A DNA stretch of 64,000 bases, from NCBI GenBank assembly GCA_965116925.1, contig OZ220744.1, forward strand, positions 6,272,001-6,336,000, in the 5' to 3' direction. Both the position numbers and the translations under genes were made by a program. Below are positions 1-10,512 of the stretch, piece after piece; position 1 is the first letter of the stretch; each line of letters opens with the position of its first letter. Source of the DNA: Candidatus Poribacteria bacterium. GTDB taxonomy: Bacteria > Poribacteria > WGA-4E > PCPOR2b. Under the pieces are notes generated by a model. That model did not search any database, was not told the DNA's origin, and saw only the letters and a list, made by a program, of their open reading frames with translations.

Positions 1-3000
1 CGTCGGCGGTTCGTAGCGGAAGGTGCAGCTTGAAGCGGTCCACATCGCCGATTTGCGTTGGCTGCCTTTTTGGAAAAAATCGTTGATCGGCGTGAGTGTG
101 TCCGGATAAATGGCGAACAGTGCTTCGTCCACGAGTGCCAACGAAAATTCCGCTTTAACGGGCTTCCCAAGTTGGTCGATAGCGCGAACCTCAATTTCAG
201 CTGTCGCTCCCGGTTCATAAATCGGGAACGGTTCAAAGTTGTAGTCGGGGCGGGATTGCTCCTCCTTCCAACTCACCTGCAAGTTTAGTTTCCTTTCGAC
301 AACGAAGTGTTTCTGCGTCGTGCGGAGTTGCTGACCGTCTATCGCCGCCACCGCAAGATAGAAGTTTGGAAAATGTGCATGTCCAACCGTGAACTGAAGT
401 GGATTCATGCCCGATTTCAGTGCGAGCACTTCATAAGCGATGACCCCTTCGCCTTCAAACGTGAGTAGCGCATGGGCTTGCATCAGACGCGAGTGGATGC
501 GAAGCGTTTCGGCAGCACCCACTTCCGTTTTCGTGCGTTCTGCGAAGATACGCAGTTTGGTTTCGTCACTCTCGTCAGAGATGCGGACGTGACCGGCACT
601 GACGACGGATTGACCAAACCGATCCATCCCACTCGCGCGGACGATGTATGTGCCCCCTTTGGTAAGTGTCAACTGAATTGTACCGACCCCCGATGCGTTG
701 TCCGTTTGGAGGTGGTGTTCCTGAATAGTTACTTCCGCAGGTTCTGCTGTGCCTTCACCTTCAAGCCAAGGAATCTGCGACAAGACAGGATGCGTGAGAA
801 CGTCTCCCCGCTGTTGAACCACCTTGATCGCCAATTTCACCCCAAGCGGTTTCCCATCGGCACCGGTTGTCCGGACGGTCACGTCGAAAGGCTCGCCGGA
901 AAGGACCAGATCGGCATCAGGTTTGACATCGATCGAAAATTCGAGGTGTGCCAGCATGACATGATCCCTGACGCTGGCGTTCTCACCCAGAATCGTTCCG
1001 CGAAAATGCAGTTGATTCCCGGGCTGCATCAACGTCGTGTCGAAAATAACTTTCAATTTCCCTTGGTCATCTGCCTCTTCAGTATAACTTCGACCATCTG
1101 GCAGATTGTATTGAATCCTCGCGTGTTTCACGGGTTGACCGTAGTAGTATTGTGCCGAAAAGGTGGCTTCAACCGGTTCGCCGCGGAAATAAACATCACG
1201 TGGAAAATCGAGCGTCAACTGTACTTTTTCGAGTTGAAATCGTTCCACCTGAAACTGCCCGATAAATGTGCGTTCCGTACCCTTCGCATCGTGTGGCGAA
1301 ACCTGAATGCGATATTCGCCAAGGGGGGCGTCCGCATCAAGTTGCATCTGGGTGTCGAATCCACCGAACTGTGAGAGGTTGACCGCTTCCTCACGGATGG
1401 GGCGGCCCTGTGCATCAATCACCGAGAGCTTATATCGCACGCCATCAGGCACGATGTAGGTTCCGTCCCTAACATCGCGAAGGATGCCGCGGATCGAAAC
1501 GGAGTCCCCCGGACGGTATGCTGGGCGGTCGGTATAAATATAGCCACGCGGCGTCAGTCCTGTGCTGAATCCAAGTCCTGCGAGGTCTAATCCATCTGCG
1601 GCGACGTGTCCGCCTTTAACAACAAACGCTGCCACCCGACTCGCATCCTTGAGGCGGTTTTCCCCTAGCGTGTCATCCGAGATAGCGTTTTTGGTCACAT
1701 GAAGCACGCCATCTGTTCCCGTGAACCCTTCAAAGATGACCTGTGAACCGTCGCTCACAAGCACTTTGGCATCGGCACCTACCTCACCCTTCAACATATC
1801 TTGCACGAAGACAAGCACCTCCCGACGTGACGTTTTGGTGATGACTTCAATGTCACTGCGGATGAGGAGCGTCGTTGATTCCAGATCTGCCTCTCCGAGT
1901 TGTACGGCGTAGGTGCCTGCTCCCTCAATTGGGATGTCAATATTGAGTTCAAACGGTTCATACTTCTGATAGTCTGGTACGCGGTATTCCCACGTTTTGT
2001 CCGGCGCAATGAGCGCGAGATCAAGGTCTTCAACCCCTTTCACATCGTACAGTTCGCGCCAGTAGGCTTCGAGGTTGAGTTTGTAGAGATTTACGGTAAG
2101 GGTTTCAATGTTCCGCAGCGAAACGTGTACCTCCGCTGGCTCATTCGTGCGAATCGTCCGTTCTGTCACTAGTTTCAAGTGTTTTTCCGTCAACCGACGA
2201 ATGCGCTCTTGTGCCTGCGCGTGCCACCGTCCCCATGTCAATTTTCGGTAGGCTGCGAGCGCGTTTTCAAGGTCCCCCATCTTCTCCTCGTAGGTCTGCC
2301 CAATCCGAAAGAGCGCGAGCGAGGATTCGTCACTGTTCGGAAATTTGCTGACCAGTTTTTCCCACACCGCAATCGCAGACAACGGCTCGGCGTTGTGCAG
2401 GTGAATCTGAGCGTAGATTAACATAATCTGCCGGACACGCTCATCCAATGGGTGTTTCGCCTGAAATTGATCGAGCGCACGCACCACTTCGTCATACTTT
2501 TCTTCGGCAAGGAGCGTCACCCCAAGCTGAAATTCGGCGTTGATAATCTGTTGCTGTGCATCTGTCCACTGTGGCCCGTTAGGGAACTCTCGAATGTACC
2601 GATTCCACGCTTCAATTGCATCTGTGTACTTTCGTTGGTCGAACCGTATCGCTCCAATCTGAAAAATGGCGGACATTCGCAGCCGACGATGATGTTCGGC
2701 GAACGATTCACTTGAATCTTCAGCACTCCGTGTTTCGGGTGTGACTTTGAACCCTTTATTGTCTAAAAAATCTTGATAGGCGGTAAGGGCTTCTTCGCTT
2801 CGCCCACGCTGCTGGTACGCCCCCGCAATTTCGTGCGATAGCGTCATTGATCGCCGGTCATCGGGGAAATCATCCTGAAAATACTTGGCGCGTTGCACGC
2901 CAAGTTCCAACGCCTCGTCTGAACCGGGAGCGGGGAACTGGTAGGTGCGGGTCAGCAGGAATCGTGCGTCCTTGAGTAGGGGTCGGGCTGCTATCTTTTC

Positions 3001-3813
3001 ATCATCAATCAACTTTATTAGATCTTCAAGCGTCAATTGCGCCGGTAGGTGCTTGCCCATAGCAAGCTGGCACTCAGCGAGGTGGTATCGCGCCTGATAG
3101 CGGTGATTTCCCGGCGGTTTATTCGTTTCCGTGCGCTGTGCCGAACCGGGTGAACGTCGAAAACCGGGGTCAAATTCAACAAGGTAAGTTTGATAGTCGT
3201 TCGCTGCCTGTTGATATCTGTCCTGTAACTGCATCATACGACCAAGCCGAAAGGTCACCATCTCGCGTAGGTCACGATCAATCTCCAGCGTCAATACCTT
3301 CCGATATAGGTTATAAGCTTTCTGATAGTTCGGTGGAGGGGCGTCTAGGGCTCCCTTTTCCGGTTTCCGTGAGAGTGCTTCGGCAAGTTCGATATAGATT
3401 TGGGCGATTTCCGATTTGCGTTCCGACGAAAGCAGTCGGTCGACCTCGGCGCTATAAATGGCTTCAGCCTGCTCAAACGCTTTGAGATTGAAATGGCACT
3501 TGGCTTGGAGGAATGTCGCTTTTCGCAGCCACACCGAATTTGGGTGCGCCGCTAAGAGTTGATCACACGCTTGAATGGCATTGGTATAATCTTCATTGTA
3601 GAATAGCGCGAGTCCCTTGAGATAGAGCAGATAATCGCGTCCCTCATCTTCCTTAGCGAGAGCAGCGTCGATCTGTGCGATGGCATCTGTGAACTGTTTT
3701 GACTGTAAAGCGAATTGGACAGGATGGTATAGGGGTTGGTCGGTGAAATCTTGCGCGATGCTTATATGGGGAATAACTAGGAGAGCGAGTGAAATCAGGG
3801 TGAATTTTTTCAT
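1..3813 (-). CDS. Alpha-2-macroglobulin family protein with N-terminal signal peptide and TPR region (3' end runs off the window)
   Basis: ATG at 3813 after a GAGGAG RBS. N-terminus MKKFTLISLALLVIPHISIAQD, then TPR-like helices. In-frame spot translations give the MG2-domain motif GYIYTDRPAYRPGDS (1501-1545) and SLALVDEA (121-144). Absent from the ORF track, consistent with no stop inside the window. Confidence 0.85.
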   Translation of the reverse strand, partial: MKKFTLISLALLVIPHISIAQDFTDQPLYHPVQFALQSKQFTDAIAQIDAALAKEDEGRDYLLYLKGLALFYNEDYTNAIQACDQLLAAHPNSVWLRKATFLQAKCHFNLKAFEQAEAIYSAEVDRLLSSERKSEIAQIYIELAEALSRKPEKGALDAPPPNYQKAYNLYRKVLTLEIDRDLREMVTFRLGRMMQLQDRYQQAANDYQTYLVEFDPGFRRSPGSAQRTETNKPPGNHRYQARYHLAECQLAMGKHLPAQLTLEDLIKLIDDEKIAARPLLKDARFLLTRTYQFPAPGSDEALELGVQRAKYFQDDFPDDRRSMTLSHEIAGAYQQRGRSEEALTAYQDFLDNKGFKVTPETRSAEDSSESFAEHHRRLRMSAIFQIGAIRFDQRKYTDAIEAWNRYIREFPNGPQWTDAQQQIINAEFQLGVTLLAEEKYDEVVRALDQFQAKHPLDERVRQIMLIYAQIHLHNAEPLSAIAVWEKLVSKFPNSDESSLALFRIGQTYEEKMGDLENALAAYRKLTWGRWHAQAQERIRRLTEKHLKLVTERTIRTNEPAEVHVSLRNIETLTVNLYKLNLEAYWRELYDVKGVEDLDLALIAPDKTWEYRVPDYQKYEPFELNIDIPIEGAGTYAVQLGEADLESTTLLIRSDIEVITKTSRREVLVFVQDMLKGEVGADAKVLVSDGSQVIFEGFTGTDGVLHVTKNAISDDTLGENRLKDASRVAAFVVKGGHVAADGLDLAGLGFSTGLTPRGYIYTDRPAYRPGDSVSIRGILRDVRDGTYIVPDGVRYKLSVIDAQGRPIREEAVNLSQFGGFDTQMQLDADAPLGEYRIQVSPHDAKGTERTFIGQFQVERFQLEKVQLTLDFPRDVYFRGEPVEATFSAQYYYGQPVKHARIQYNLPDGRSYTEEADDQGKLKVIFDTTLMQPGNQLHFRGTILGENASVRDHVMLAHLEFSIDVKPDADLVLSGEPFDVTVRTTGADGKPLGVKLAIKVVQQRGDVLTHPVLSQIPWLEGEGTAEPAEVTIQEHHLQTDNASGVGTIQLTLTKGGTYIVRASGMDRFGQSVVSAGHVRISDESDETKLRIFAERTKTEVGAAETLRIHSRLMQAHALLTFEGEGVIAYEVLALKSGMNPLQFTVGHAHFPNFYLAVAAIDGQQLRTTQKHFVVERKLNLQVSWKEEQSRPDYNFEPFPIYEPGATAEIEVRAIDQLGKPVKAEFSLALVDEALFAIYPDTLTPINDFFQKGSQRKSAMWTASSCTFRYEPPT

Positions 3814-4405
3814 GGTAATCCTCCTCAAGCAATTTTGAATTTTAATAATCCGTGCCGATTGTGGGGTCGATCAGGTTGGAAACAGGGATGTAGTAGCCCC
3901 GCCCTAGGACTTAAAAAGGATGAGGATCCCTCGCCCTTAGGCTCTCGTATGTCCCTGTCCATTACAATCTCTTGAATCCTCTAACGTTCTTTATTTAAAC
4001 CGGTATGATGGTTGGCAAGGTACTCATATGTAGGGCGCGAGTTTGACCTGAACCGGTGCCGGTTACATTTCAAGCAATTTGTATGCCATTGGTTCTATCA
4101 CCGACAATACTTGCCAAGAAGAGGGCTGCCGCATCTGATTACCCTTCTGAATGTCCCAAAAAAGGCAAAACTGTCAGTCAGGGGTGTGCGCTTTGGTGCA
4201 GCAAATGAGATCTTACGAGGTTAGCAATTTTTGTAGTGAGGAAATTGAGCAGATGGTGGAAGAATAGGGGATGACCTGAAAGAGATGAGGATGGTGCGTC
4301 ATTTAAGGGACGTCAACCCTTGATGGAGTTGATAAATTCGTAGCGACGACTTCGCTCAGGAATGACGAAAGTCGTCACTACAAAGTTGACAAAGCATCTG
4401 ACGGT

Positions 4406-4771
4406 TCAACCCCGCATAATCGACTCGACCTCTGGCAGCACCGCTTTGACCGCCGCTTGGTTGACGCCTGCGGCGACCCCGTCGTAGCTAGCCGTGCGGA
4501 TCATCTCCGCGAGGTTGCTACCGAGTTGCTCCATCGTCCAGCCAATCGAATCGGGGACGGTCGCTTTATCGAGGTGGCGTTGATCGTTTCTGCCGGATGG
4601 ATCGTAATGGTAGTGTGGGTCTTTTCGGAAGCAATCGAACCGAAGCAGTTGCACTGCCTCGCCATTGACATCGCCGTAGACGCGGACGGAAGGACCGCCG
4701 TCACCGGTTATGCTCCGGTTATCGACGTGGAGTTCGACCCCACCGACTTGGAAAACCTTTTCTTGACTCAT
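4406..4771 (-). CDS. Hypothetical protein (LLRFDCF...PHYHYDP motif)
   Basis: 121 aa ORF with GGAGG RBS; function not recognised. Confidence 0.75.
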   Translation of the reverse strand: MSQEKVFQVGGVELHVDNRSITGDGGPSVRVYGDVNGEAVQLLRFDCFRKDPHYHYDPSGRNDQRHLDKATVPDSIGWTMEQLGSNLAEMIRTASYDGVAAGVNQAAVKAVLPEVESIMRG

Positions 4772-4891
4772 GGTTGAAATTCCTCCTTATCATATTGAGT
4801 TGACCACCAAATTATATCACCTTCTACAGGGTAACGCAATCACCGAAATTTTTCTTGGCACGAAAACCTTTTGATGATAGAATAGCGCAAA

Positions 4892-5044
4892 GGCTCATGT
4901 AAAAAGAAGGTGCAAAGCGCGAGGCGAAATCGTAGGGGCGGGGTCTCCCCGCCCGTGTCACATCCCGATTTATCGGGGCAGTAAGGGTTGGGGGACCCAA
5001 CTCCTACTAACATTCGGTTTCTTTGCTAAATCTTAACATGAGCG
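4892..5044. mobile_element. MITE family D carrying a class-A REP doublet
   Basis: Ends GGCTCATGTAAA / TTAACATGAGCG are inverted repeats; perfect 8-bp direct repeat AGCGCAAA at 4884-4891 and 5045-5052. Confidence 0.8.
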
Positions 5045-5143
5045 AGCGCAAATTGTTAGGTATCTTATGCAGTGGATTTGTCAATCCGCTGCGAGCGGCA
5101 ATAAACAGATAGTTTTCACGTTTCACACCACGGAGGTTATCTA

Positions 5144-6013
5144 ATGTTAGCTATCGGTATTTTCGCGCCTTACGGAACAGACCACGACCGCAACATCGCT
5201 TTTTGTCACGATACCGATGTCCATCACATCGTCTTGGGTGCTGCTGGCATCGCCGGTGAGGACTCTATTCCTTCAACTGATGCTCTGAAAGATCTTGTCG
5301 GCAAATACGCCGCTGCGGGAATTACCCTCGCCGCACTCACACCCGAACGCATCCGTCAGGCTGCCTTCTCTGACGCTGAGATCCAAAAGGAAGAGGTGGC
5401 CGCCTTCGGGCAGCTTATCCAAAATATGGGGGAAGCCGGCATCCCATACGTTCATCTCTATCTCAATGTTGATCCATTGAGTTCAGATGCCGAAAGAGAG
5501 GGGCTCTGGGGCGGCTTAATTGAGGTCTATAACCAACTCACCCAGATCGCTGAAACTGCTGGTGTCCGAATCTCTACCCATCATTTCCATGTGCCGGACC
5601 GCCTGCTCTGGAATTATGAAACGATGTCGCGGCTTCTCAGCGAAGTGAATAGCCCCGCCAATGGCGTTACGTTCTGCCAAGGTAAATCCCAGATGGCTGG
5701 CGATGATCTGGTGAAAGACATCTTAAACTACGGCGATCAGATCTTCATGTTCCACATCCGCGATGTCGTAACACAAGTTGAGGGTGACATCTCACCGGAG
5801 GTTGAAAAACGTCTGGCGGACATTGGCTATCTTGAAGTCGCCTTTGGTACAGGCGAAGTCGATATGGTCGGTTCGATCCGCGCACTCAAGCAGATCAACT
5901 ATCAAGGGCAAATCTACCCCGAACACTACCCATCTATTGCCGGAGATTCTGCCTCCGGGCTCGCTTGGACGATTGGTTATATTCGGGCTTTGGATGCAGC
6001 GGTCGAGGCGTGA
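5144..6013 (+). CDS. Sugar-phosphate isomerase/epimerase TIM-barrel protein (mannonate dehydratase/UxuA-like)
   Basis: Motifs NGVTFCQG, FHIRDV, GEVDMV, YPEHYP; GGAGG RBS. Confidence 0.75.
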   Translation: MLAIGIFAPYGTDHDRNIAFCHDTDVHHIVLGAAGIAGEDSIPSTDALKDLVGKYAAAGITLAALTPERIRQAAFSDAEIQKEEVAAFGQLIQNMGEAGIPYVHLYLNVDPLSSDAEREGLWGGLIEVYNQLTQIAETAGVRISTHHFHVPDRLLWNYETMSRLLSEVNSPANGVTFCQGKSQMAGDDLVKDILNYGDQIFMFHIRDVVTQVEGDISPEVEKRLADIGYLEVAFGTGEVDMVGSIRALKQINYQGQIYPEHYPSIAGDSASGLAWTIGYIRALDAAVEA

Positions 6014-6078
6014 TTCACTTCTGGTTATATTGATACACAGCTAAGGAGCGATGGTAATTGATCGTACCACGGACGCTT

Positions 6079-7467
6079 ATGGCAAAACCTCCAAATATCG
6101 TGCTGATGGGGATTGATTCTCTCCTTGCGACTCACATGAGCTGTTACGGTTACCACCGGCTCACGACACCGCATATTGATCGGTTTGCTCAGGACGGAAC
6201 GCTCTTTGAACGCACTTATAGTGCCCACATCCCGACCACCAGTGCCTATGCGTCAATGCTCACCGGCATGGATGTTTTTGGCACACAGGTGGTCGCGCTT
6301 CGGCACAAGGGCCCACTCAAATCCGAAGTCAAAACCCTCCCCGAAATCCTTCGGGAGGTCGGTTATGAGACAACCTGTGTCGGTTTCAGCGGCAACCCCA
6401 GTGCGCGTGGGTTCGATAACTACTTGGATTATTCAGGTTGGGGAAGTTGGGAAGAGCGACCCAGCCCGAAAGCGCAGAATCTCAACGAGGTTACAATCCC
6501 TGAACTTGACCGTCTCGTTGCAGGAGGCAAGCCTTTCCTCCTGTTTTTACGGCACATGGACCCACATTCCCCATACCTCCCACCGCCCCCTTACGAGCGG
6601 ATGTTCTATCACGGCGATGAATTTGATCCGGCGAACAGGTCGATGGAGCCGGTGATGGACTTTAAGCCGTTTTGTGACTATTTTGCGAGGTGGATGCCAC
6701 CCGGCGTCACAGACAAGGATTACATTATCGCCCAGTATGATGGCGCGATTGCCTATATGGACGCTTGTATCCAAACCATCTTCAACGCTCTAGAAGCACA
6801 CGGTATCTTCGATGAGACCATCGTCATCATCAACGGCGATCATGGAGAAACACTTTACGACCATGAATGCTGGTTCGACCACCATGGGATTTATGATGTC
6901 ACCCTGCATGTGCCGTTAATTATCCGCTATCCCGGCAAAGTTCCCGCCGGAAAACGGATCAGCGGCTTTAACCAACATAAAGCACTCGTACCGACTATCC
7001 TTGAATTGGCGGGGATCGAGACAGATATGGCATTTGATGGGGAGAGCTTAATGCGGTTAGTGAGGGGAGAACTCGCTTCCTACGAAAGCGAGTTTTACAT
7101 CACAGAGTGTACTTGGATGCGGAAGCACGGCTGGCGCACCCCAGAGTGGAAACTGATTATCGCCCTAGAACCGGATTTCCATTTCAAACCGCCGGTCGAA
7201 TTGTACAACCTCATTGAAGATCCCGATGAGAACAACAACCTCGCTGAAATATATCCTGATATTGTAACGGTACTCGAAACGCGAATGCAGAGATGGATTG
7301 CGAAACGTGAGGCAGAAACAGGACTCAAAAATCCAATCATGACGCAGGGAGACTGGCACGGACACGAGGGGGTAGGACATTTCAAAACCTCCCAACAGGC
7401 GTATGACACCCTACATATTGGTGAGCGGGGCGAAGCAGCGAGATGGCAAGCAGCATTGAAAAAATAA
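6079..7467 (+). CDS. Sulfatase-like hydrolase (alkaline phosphatase superfamily)
   Basis: PNIVLMGIDSL, DPHSPY, GDHGE, HVPLIIRYPG, ELYNL..DPDE; atypical active-site motif TTSAYASMLTG; start placed at MAKPPN. Confidence 0.85.
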   Translation: MAKPPNIVLMGIDSLLATHMSCYGYHRLTTPHIDRFAQDGTLFERTYSAHIPTTSAYASMLTGMDVFGTQVVALRHKGPLKSEVKTLPEILREVGYETTCVGFSGNPSARGFDNYLDYSGWGSWEERPSPKAQNLNEVTIPELDRLVAGGKPFLLFLRHMDPHSPYLPPPPYERMFYHGDEFDPANRSMEPVMDFKPFCDYFARWMPPGVTDKDYIIAQYDGAIAYMDACIQTIFNALEAHGIFDETIVIINGDHGETLYDHECWFDHHGIYDVTLHVPLIIRYPGKVPAGKRISGFNQHKALVPTILELAGIETDMAFDGESLMRLVRGELASYESEFYITECTWMRKHGWRTPEWKLIIALEPDFHFKPPVELYNLIEDPDENNNLAEIYPDIVTVLETRMQRWIAKREAETGLKNPIMTQGDWHGHEGVGHFKTSQQAYDTLHIGERGEAARWQAALKK

Positions 7468-7577
7468 TACCCATGTAAAGCTATTTTAGGACGGGACAGT
7501 TTTCACGTTTCACGCATCACGTTTTACGTTTCTAACATGAGTCTTCACTAATTTGTGCAGATAGAGGGGGCATTCCC

Positions 7578-8405
7578 ATGTACCTTACAGAACAACAACT
7601 CAACTTTTTCCATACTTTTGGATTCATCCATATTCCGCAACTATTCACGCCGGACGAGGTCACTTGGATTACAGAAGAGTTTGAGCACGTCCTCGATACC
7701 TACGGGAAAGGCGATGAACACGATGGGTCACAACGCACCATGATCGTTCCGACCATCGATCACAGCGAAAAACTCTGTACGCTGCTCGACGACCCACGCG
7801 TCGTCGGCATCGCCTCCGATATTTTGGGGGACGACTTTAACTACGCTTCCGGTGACGGCAACTACTACAGCGGAGATACCGGCTGGCATGCTGATGGCGG
7901 ATACCCTGAACTCTTTGCGATCAAAATAGCATACTATCTTGACCCGCTAACTCGAGATACCGGCTGTTTGCGCGTTATGCCGGGCAGCCATCGCCCCGAC
8001 TCCTTTTGGCGGACGGGGGATGTGGCACCGAGGGATTCTGAAGAATTATGGGGAGTTCCCCCCTCCGAGGTTCCGGGGAATGTCGCCTTAGAAACGAACC
8101 CCGGTGATCTGGCAATCTTTTATCACGATACCCTCCACGCCGCCTTTGGCGGCAGCAAGCGCCGACGTATGTTTACGATGAATCTGATTAAGCAAGGGGT
8201 AACGGAGGAAGGAATTGCGCGTGTGGATCAATATCTCCGCCATCATTGCCCTGTCGCGCACGGATTCAAAATCGGCGGCATGTACACAGACCTGATGCTA
8301 GAGACCGCTAGCCCAGAGCGGCTCCGTCATTTGGCTCAGTTGCATGAGCGTCACGCGCTAGTTCACCCGCACGACACACTCCCGCGACCATTGCCACGTC
8401 TGTGA
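7578..8405 (+). CDS. Phytanoyl-CoA dioxygenase (PhyH) family 2OG-Fe(II) oxygenase
   Basis: WHAD, GCLRVMPGSH, distal LH. Confidence 0.85.
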   Translation: MYLTEQQLNFFHTFGFIHIPQLFTPDEVTWITEEFEHVLDTYGKGDEHDGSQRTMIVPTIDHSEKLCTLLDDPRVVGIASDILGDDFNYASGDGNYYSGDTGWHADGGYPELFAIKIAYYLDPLTRDTGCLRVMPGSHRPDSFWRTGDVAPRDSEELWGVPPSEVPGNVALETNPGDLAIFYHDTLHAAFGGSKRRRMFTMNLIKQGVTEEGIARVDQYLRHHCPVAHGFKIGGMYTDLMLETASPERLRHLAQLHERHALVHPHDTLPRPLPRL

Positions 8406-8425
8406 TATGAGAAAGGTCAGTCACA

Positions 8426-9604
8426 ATGCCCATCTTTCTCATCGGTATGGATGAGACAGCGGGAACCATTCACTTCAGTGATCGAATTGCATGGATCTGG
8501 CGGTCTGCAGCTCACCATAACCTGCTCCTCATCGCGATGATTGCAGCAGCAATCCTCCTGATTTGGTACGCTGCACGTCGGGAGTATTGGCGAAATGCTG
8601 CACGTCAGGTCCGTGTGCGTCGGTTGGCGATGGTATCCTTCGCTATCCTATCGGTCTACGTATTGGTAGGACTGCTCGATAGCCTCCGTTGGAGTGATCC
8701 GGTGATCAATCCCGATGGAAAACTAACCCGCAACGAAGCGGGGCAACTCATCTATTCCCCGCGAAGGTGGAGTCTCCTAGATCGAATCTGCACGCCGTTA
8801 CGTGAGAACACCGAAAAAACCTACTCCGCTCCCCTTGCAACCCACCTCTACACTAAAAGCACGGTCCAACAACCGGACGGGCGAGTCACCCGCGAGCATC
8901 CGCCGCTGCAACATCCGCGTTCACATCTCTTTGGCACAGACAAGGTCGGCACCGATGTCTTCTATCGTGCGCTGAAAGGGATTCGGACAGCGCTGATTAT
9001 CGGTGGATTCACAACGCTGACCGCGATCCCGTTCGCGCTCTGTTTTGGCGTGATCGCCGGCTATTTCGGGGGCAGGATTGATGATATTGTTCAGTATATT
9101 TACTCCACTCTTGCGTCGATTCCGAGCATTCTGCTGATCGCTGCGTTCATGCTTCTGTTTGGACACGGCTTGTTTAACCTCTGTCTTATCATAGGGATCA
9201 GCAGTTGGACAGGGTTGTGCCGACTGCTGCGCGGCGAAACCCTCAAGCTACGGGAGCTAGAATATATCCAAGCCGCAGAAGCCTTCGGCGTGAGTCGATG
9301 GAAAATCCTTGCCAAGCATATCGCCCCAAACGTCATGCACATCGTGCTTATCTCTGCTATCCTGCGTTTTAGTGGACTGGTTTTCTTTGAAGCACTGCTG
9401 ACCTATCTCCAGATCGGTGTGGATCCGACGACGGGCAGTTGGGGCAATATGATCAACACCGCCCGCTTGGAATTAGCAAGGGATCCGGTGGTCTGGTGGA
9501 ATCTCATCGCTGCGTTTACCTTTATGTTTGGGTTAGTGTTACCGGCAAATCTGTTCGGAGATGCGGTTCGTGATGCGTTGGATCCGCGTCTGCGGACAGA
9601 GTAA
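8426..9604 (+). CDS. Peptide/nickel ABC transporter permease (OppC/DppC-like)
   Basis: HLFGTDKVG, EAA loop EYIQAAEAFG, GDAVRDALDPR. Confidence 0.9.
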   Translation: MPIFLIGMDETAGTIHFSDRIAWIWRSAAHHNLLLIAMIAAAILLIWYAARREYWRNAARQVRVRRLAMVSFAILSVYVLVGLLDSLRWSDPVINPDGKLTRNEAGQLIYSPRRWSLLDRICTPLRENTEKTYSAPLATHLYTKSTVQQPDGRVTREHPPLQHPRSHLFGTDKVGTDVFYRALKGIRTALIIGGFTTLTAIPFALCFGVIAGYFGGRIDDIVQYIYSTLASIPSILLIAAFMLLFGHGLFNLCLIIGISSWTGLCRLLRGETLKLRELEYIQAAEAFGVSRWKILAKHIAPNVMHIVLISAILRFSGLVFFEALLTYLQIGVDPTTGSWGNMINTARLELARDPVVWWNLIAAFTFMFGLVLPANLFGDAVRDALDPRLRTE

Positions 9605-9619
9605 AAAAGGAGGATAGAA

Positions 9620-9876
9620 ATGGATGCGATAAGGATGGGTTCGGTTCCCGCAACCCCACCGGAAGATTGAGATGACCCGTGACAATGGAACCGCACGATG
9701 CCGTGAGGCAGCATGAACTAGAAGAATGTCAACTCTGGGGAGAGCGACCTCAGGAGGGTTTCGTTCCGTTCCTATATGACGGTATGATTCCTTCGGATCC
9801 AGGGATTGACTTTTCGGACGCAATCAAAAATTCTGTTATCGTTTCGATCACCGATGCAGCGGGGAATATACGTTGA
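9620..9876 (+). pseudogene. Possible degraded gene remnant ending in a PAS-like start (VIVSITDAAGNI)
   Basis: AGGAGG RBS and ATG at 9620 with an early stop, followed by the 65-aa ORF 9679-9876; the PAS resemblance is by eye only. Confidence 0.25.
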
Positions 9877-10049
9877 TGCGAAGTTGCAATCCCACCCCCT
9901 CCTGCAGAATCGACTATCCGCTAAAGTGCTGATTAAATGTTGGAACTTGCAAGGTATCTAAGGGGTGATATAACTGATGCTATGATAGCTAAAAGGACTA
10001 AACGTGGTATGCTACTTCCAACCTTAACCAAGCCAGCGGAGGGATCTCA

Positions 10050-10373
10050 ATGAACCGAAATGTGTTGTTTGGTATTACCCTGTTCATCGTTGTTTTTATG
10101 TGCTACGTGAGCTATAGCACTGCGTCTGATAACTATCAATTAATATCAGCCATAAACAATCTTTCTAGTAGTGTGGATACATTGAATTCAAACATTCGCA
10201 GACTGAATTCAAGAGTAGATACATTGAGTTCAAAGGTTGACACACTGAATTCACGGATTGGTACTTGGAATCGCTCTGGAACATTGACCTCCGGGTTAGA
10301 TGATCTTGAAGACGATATAGAATCTTTGGAATCTGCTGTATCGGATTTAGAATCTGCAATTCGCAATCAATAG
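10050..10373 (+). CDS. Small exported/membrane-anchored heptad coiled-coil protein
   Basis: Hydrophobic N-terminus then heptads LSSSVDT LNSNIRR LNSRVDT LSSKVDT LNSRIGT; GGAGG RBS. Confidence 0.75.
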   Translation: MNRNVLFGITLFIVVFMCYVSYSTASDNYQLISAINNLSSSVDTLNSNIRRLNSRVDTLSSKVDTLNSRIGTWNRSGTLTSGLDDLEDDIESLESAVSDLESAIRNQ

Positions 10374-10512
10374 TGATAATGAAAAATCTCAAGCAGAAGT
10401 AGCATCTAGGGATCTCTGTTTCTTTCAGGTGCTGTCCCCACTAACGATTGGGTTACCTACGTCAATCGTAGGGGCGAGGTTCCCTCGCCCAGCCGCAACT
10501 ATCCGAGCTATA

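Noticed and set aside
472..1374. 300-aa + strand ORF and other + ORFs up to 3485
   Set aside because: Antisense shadows of the macroglobulin gene
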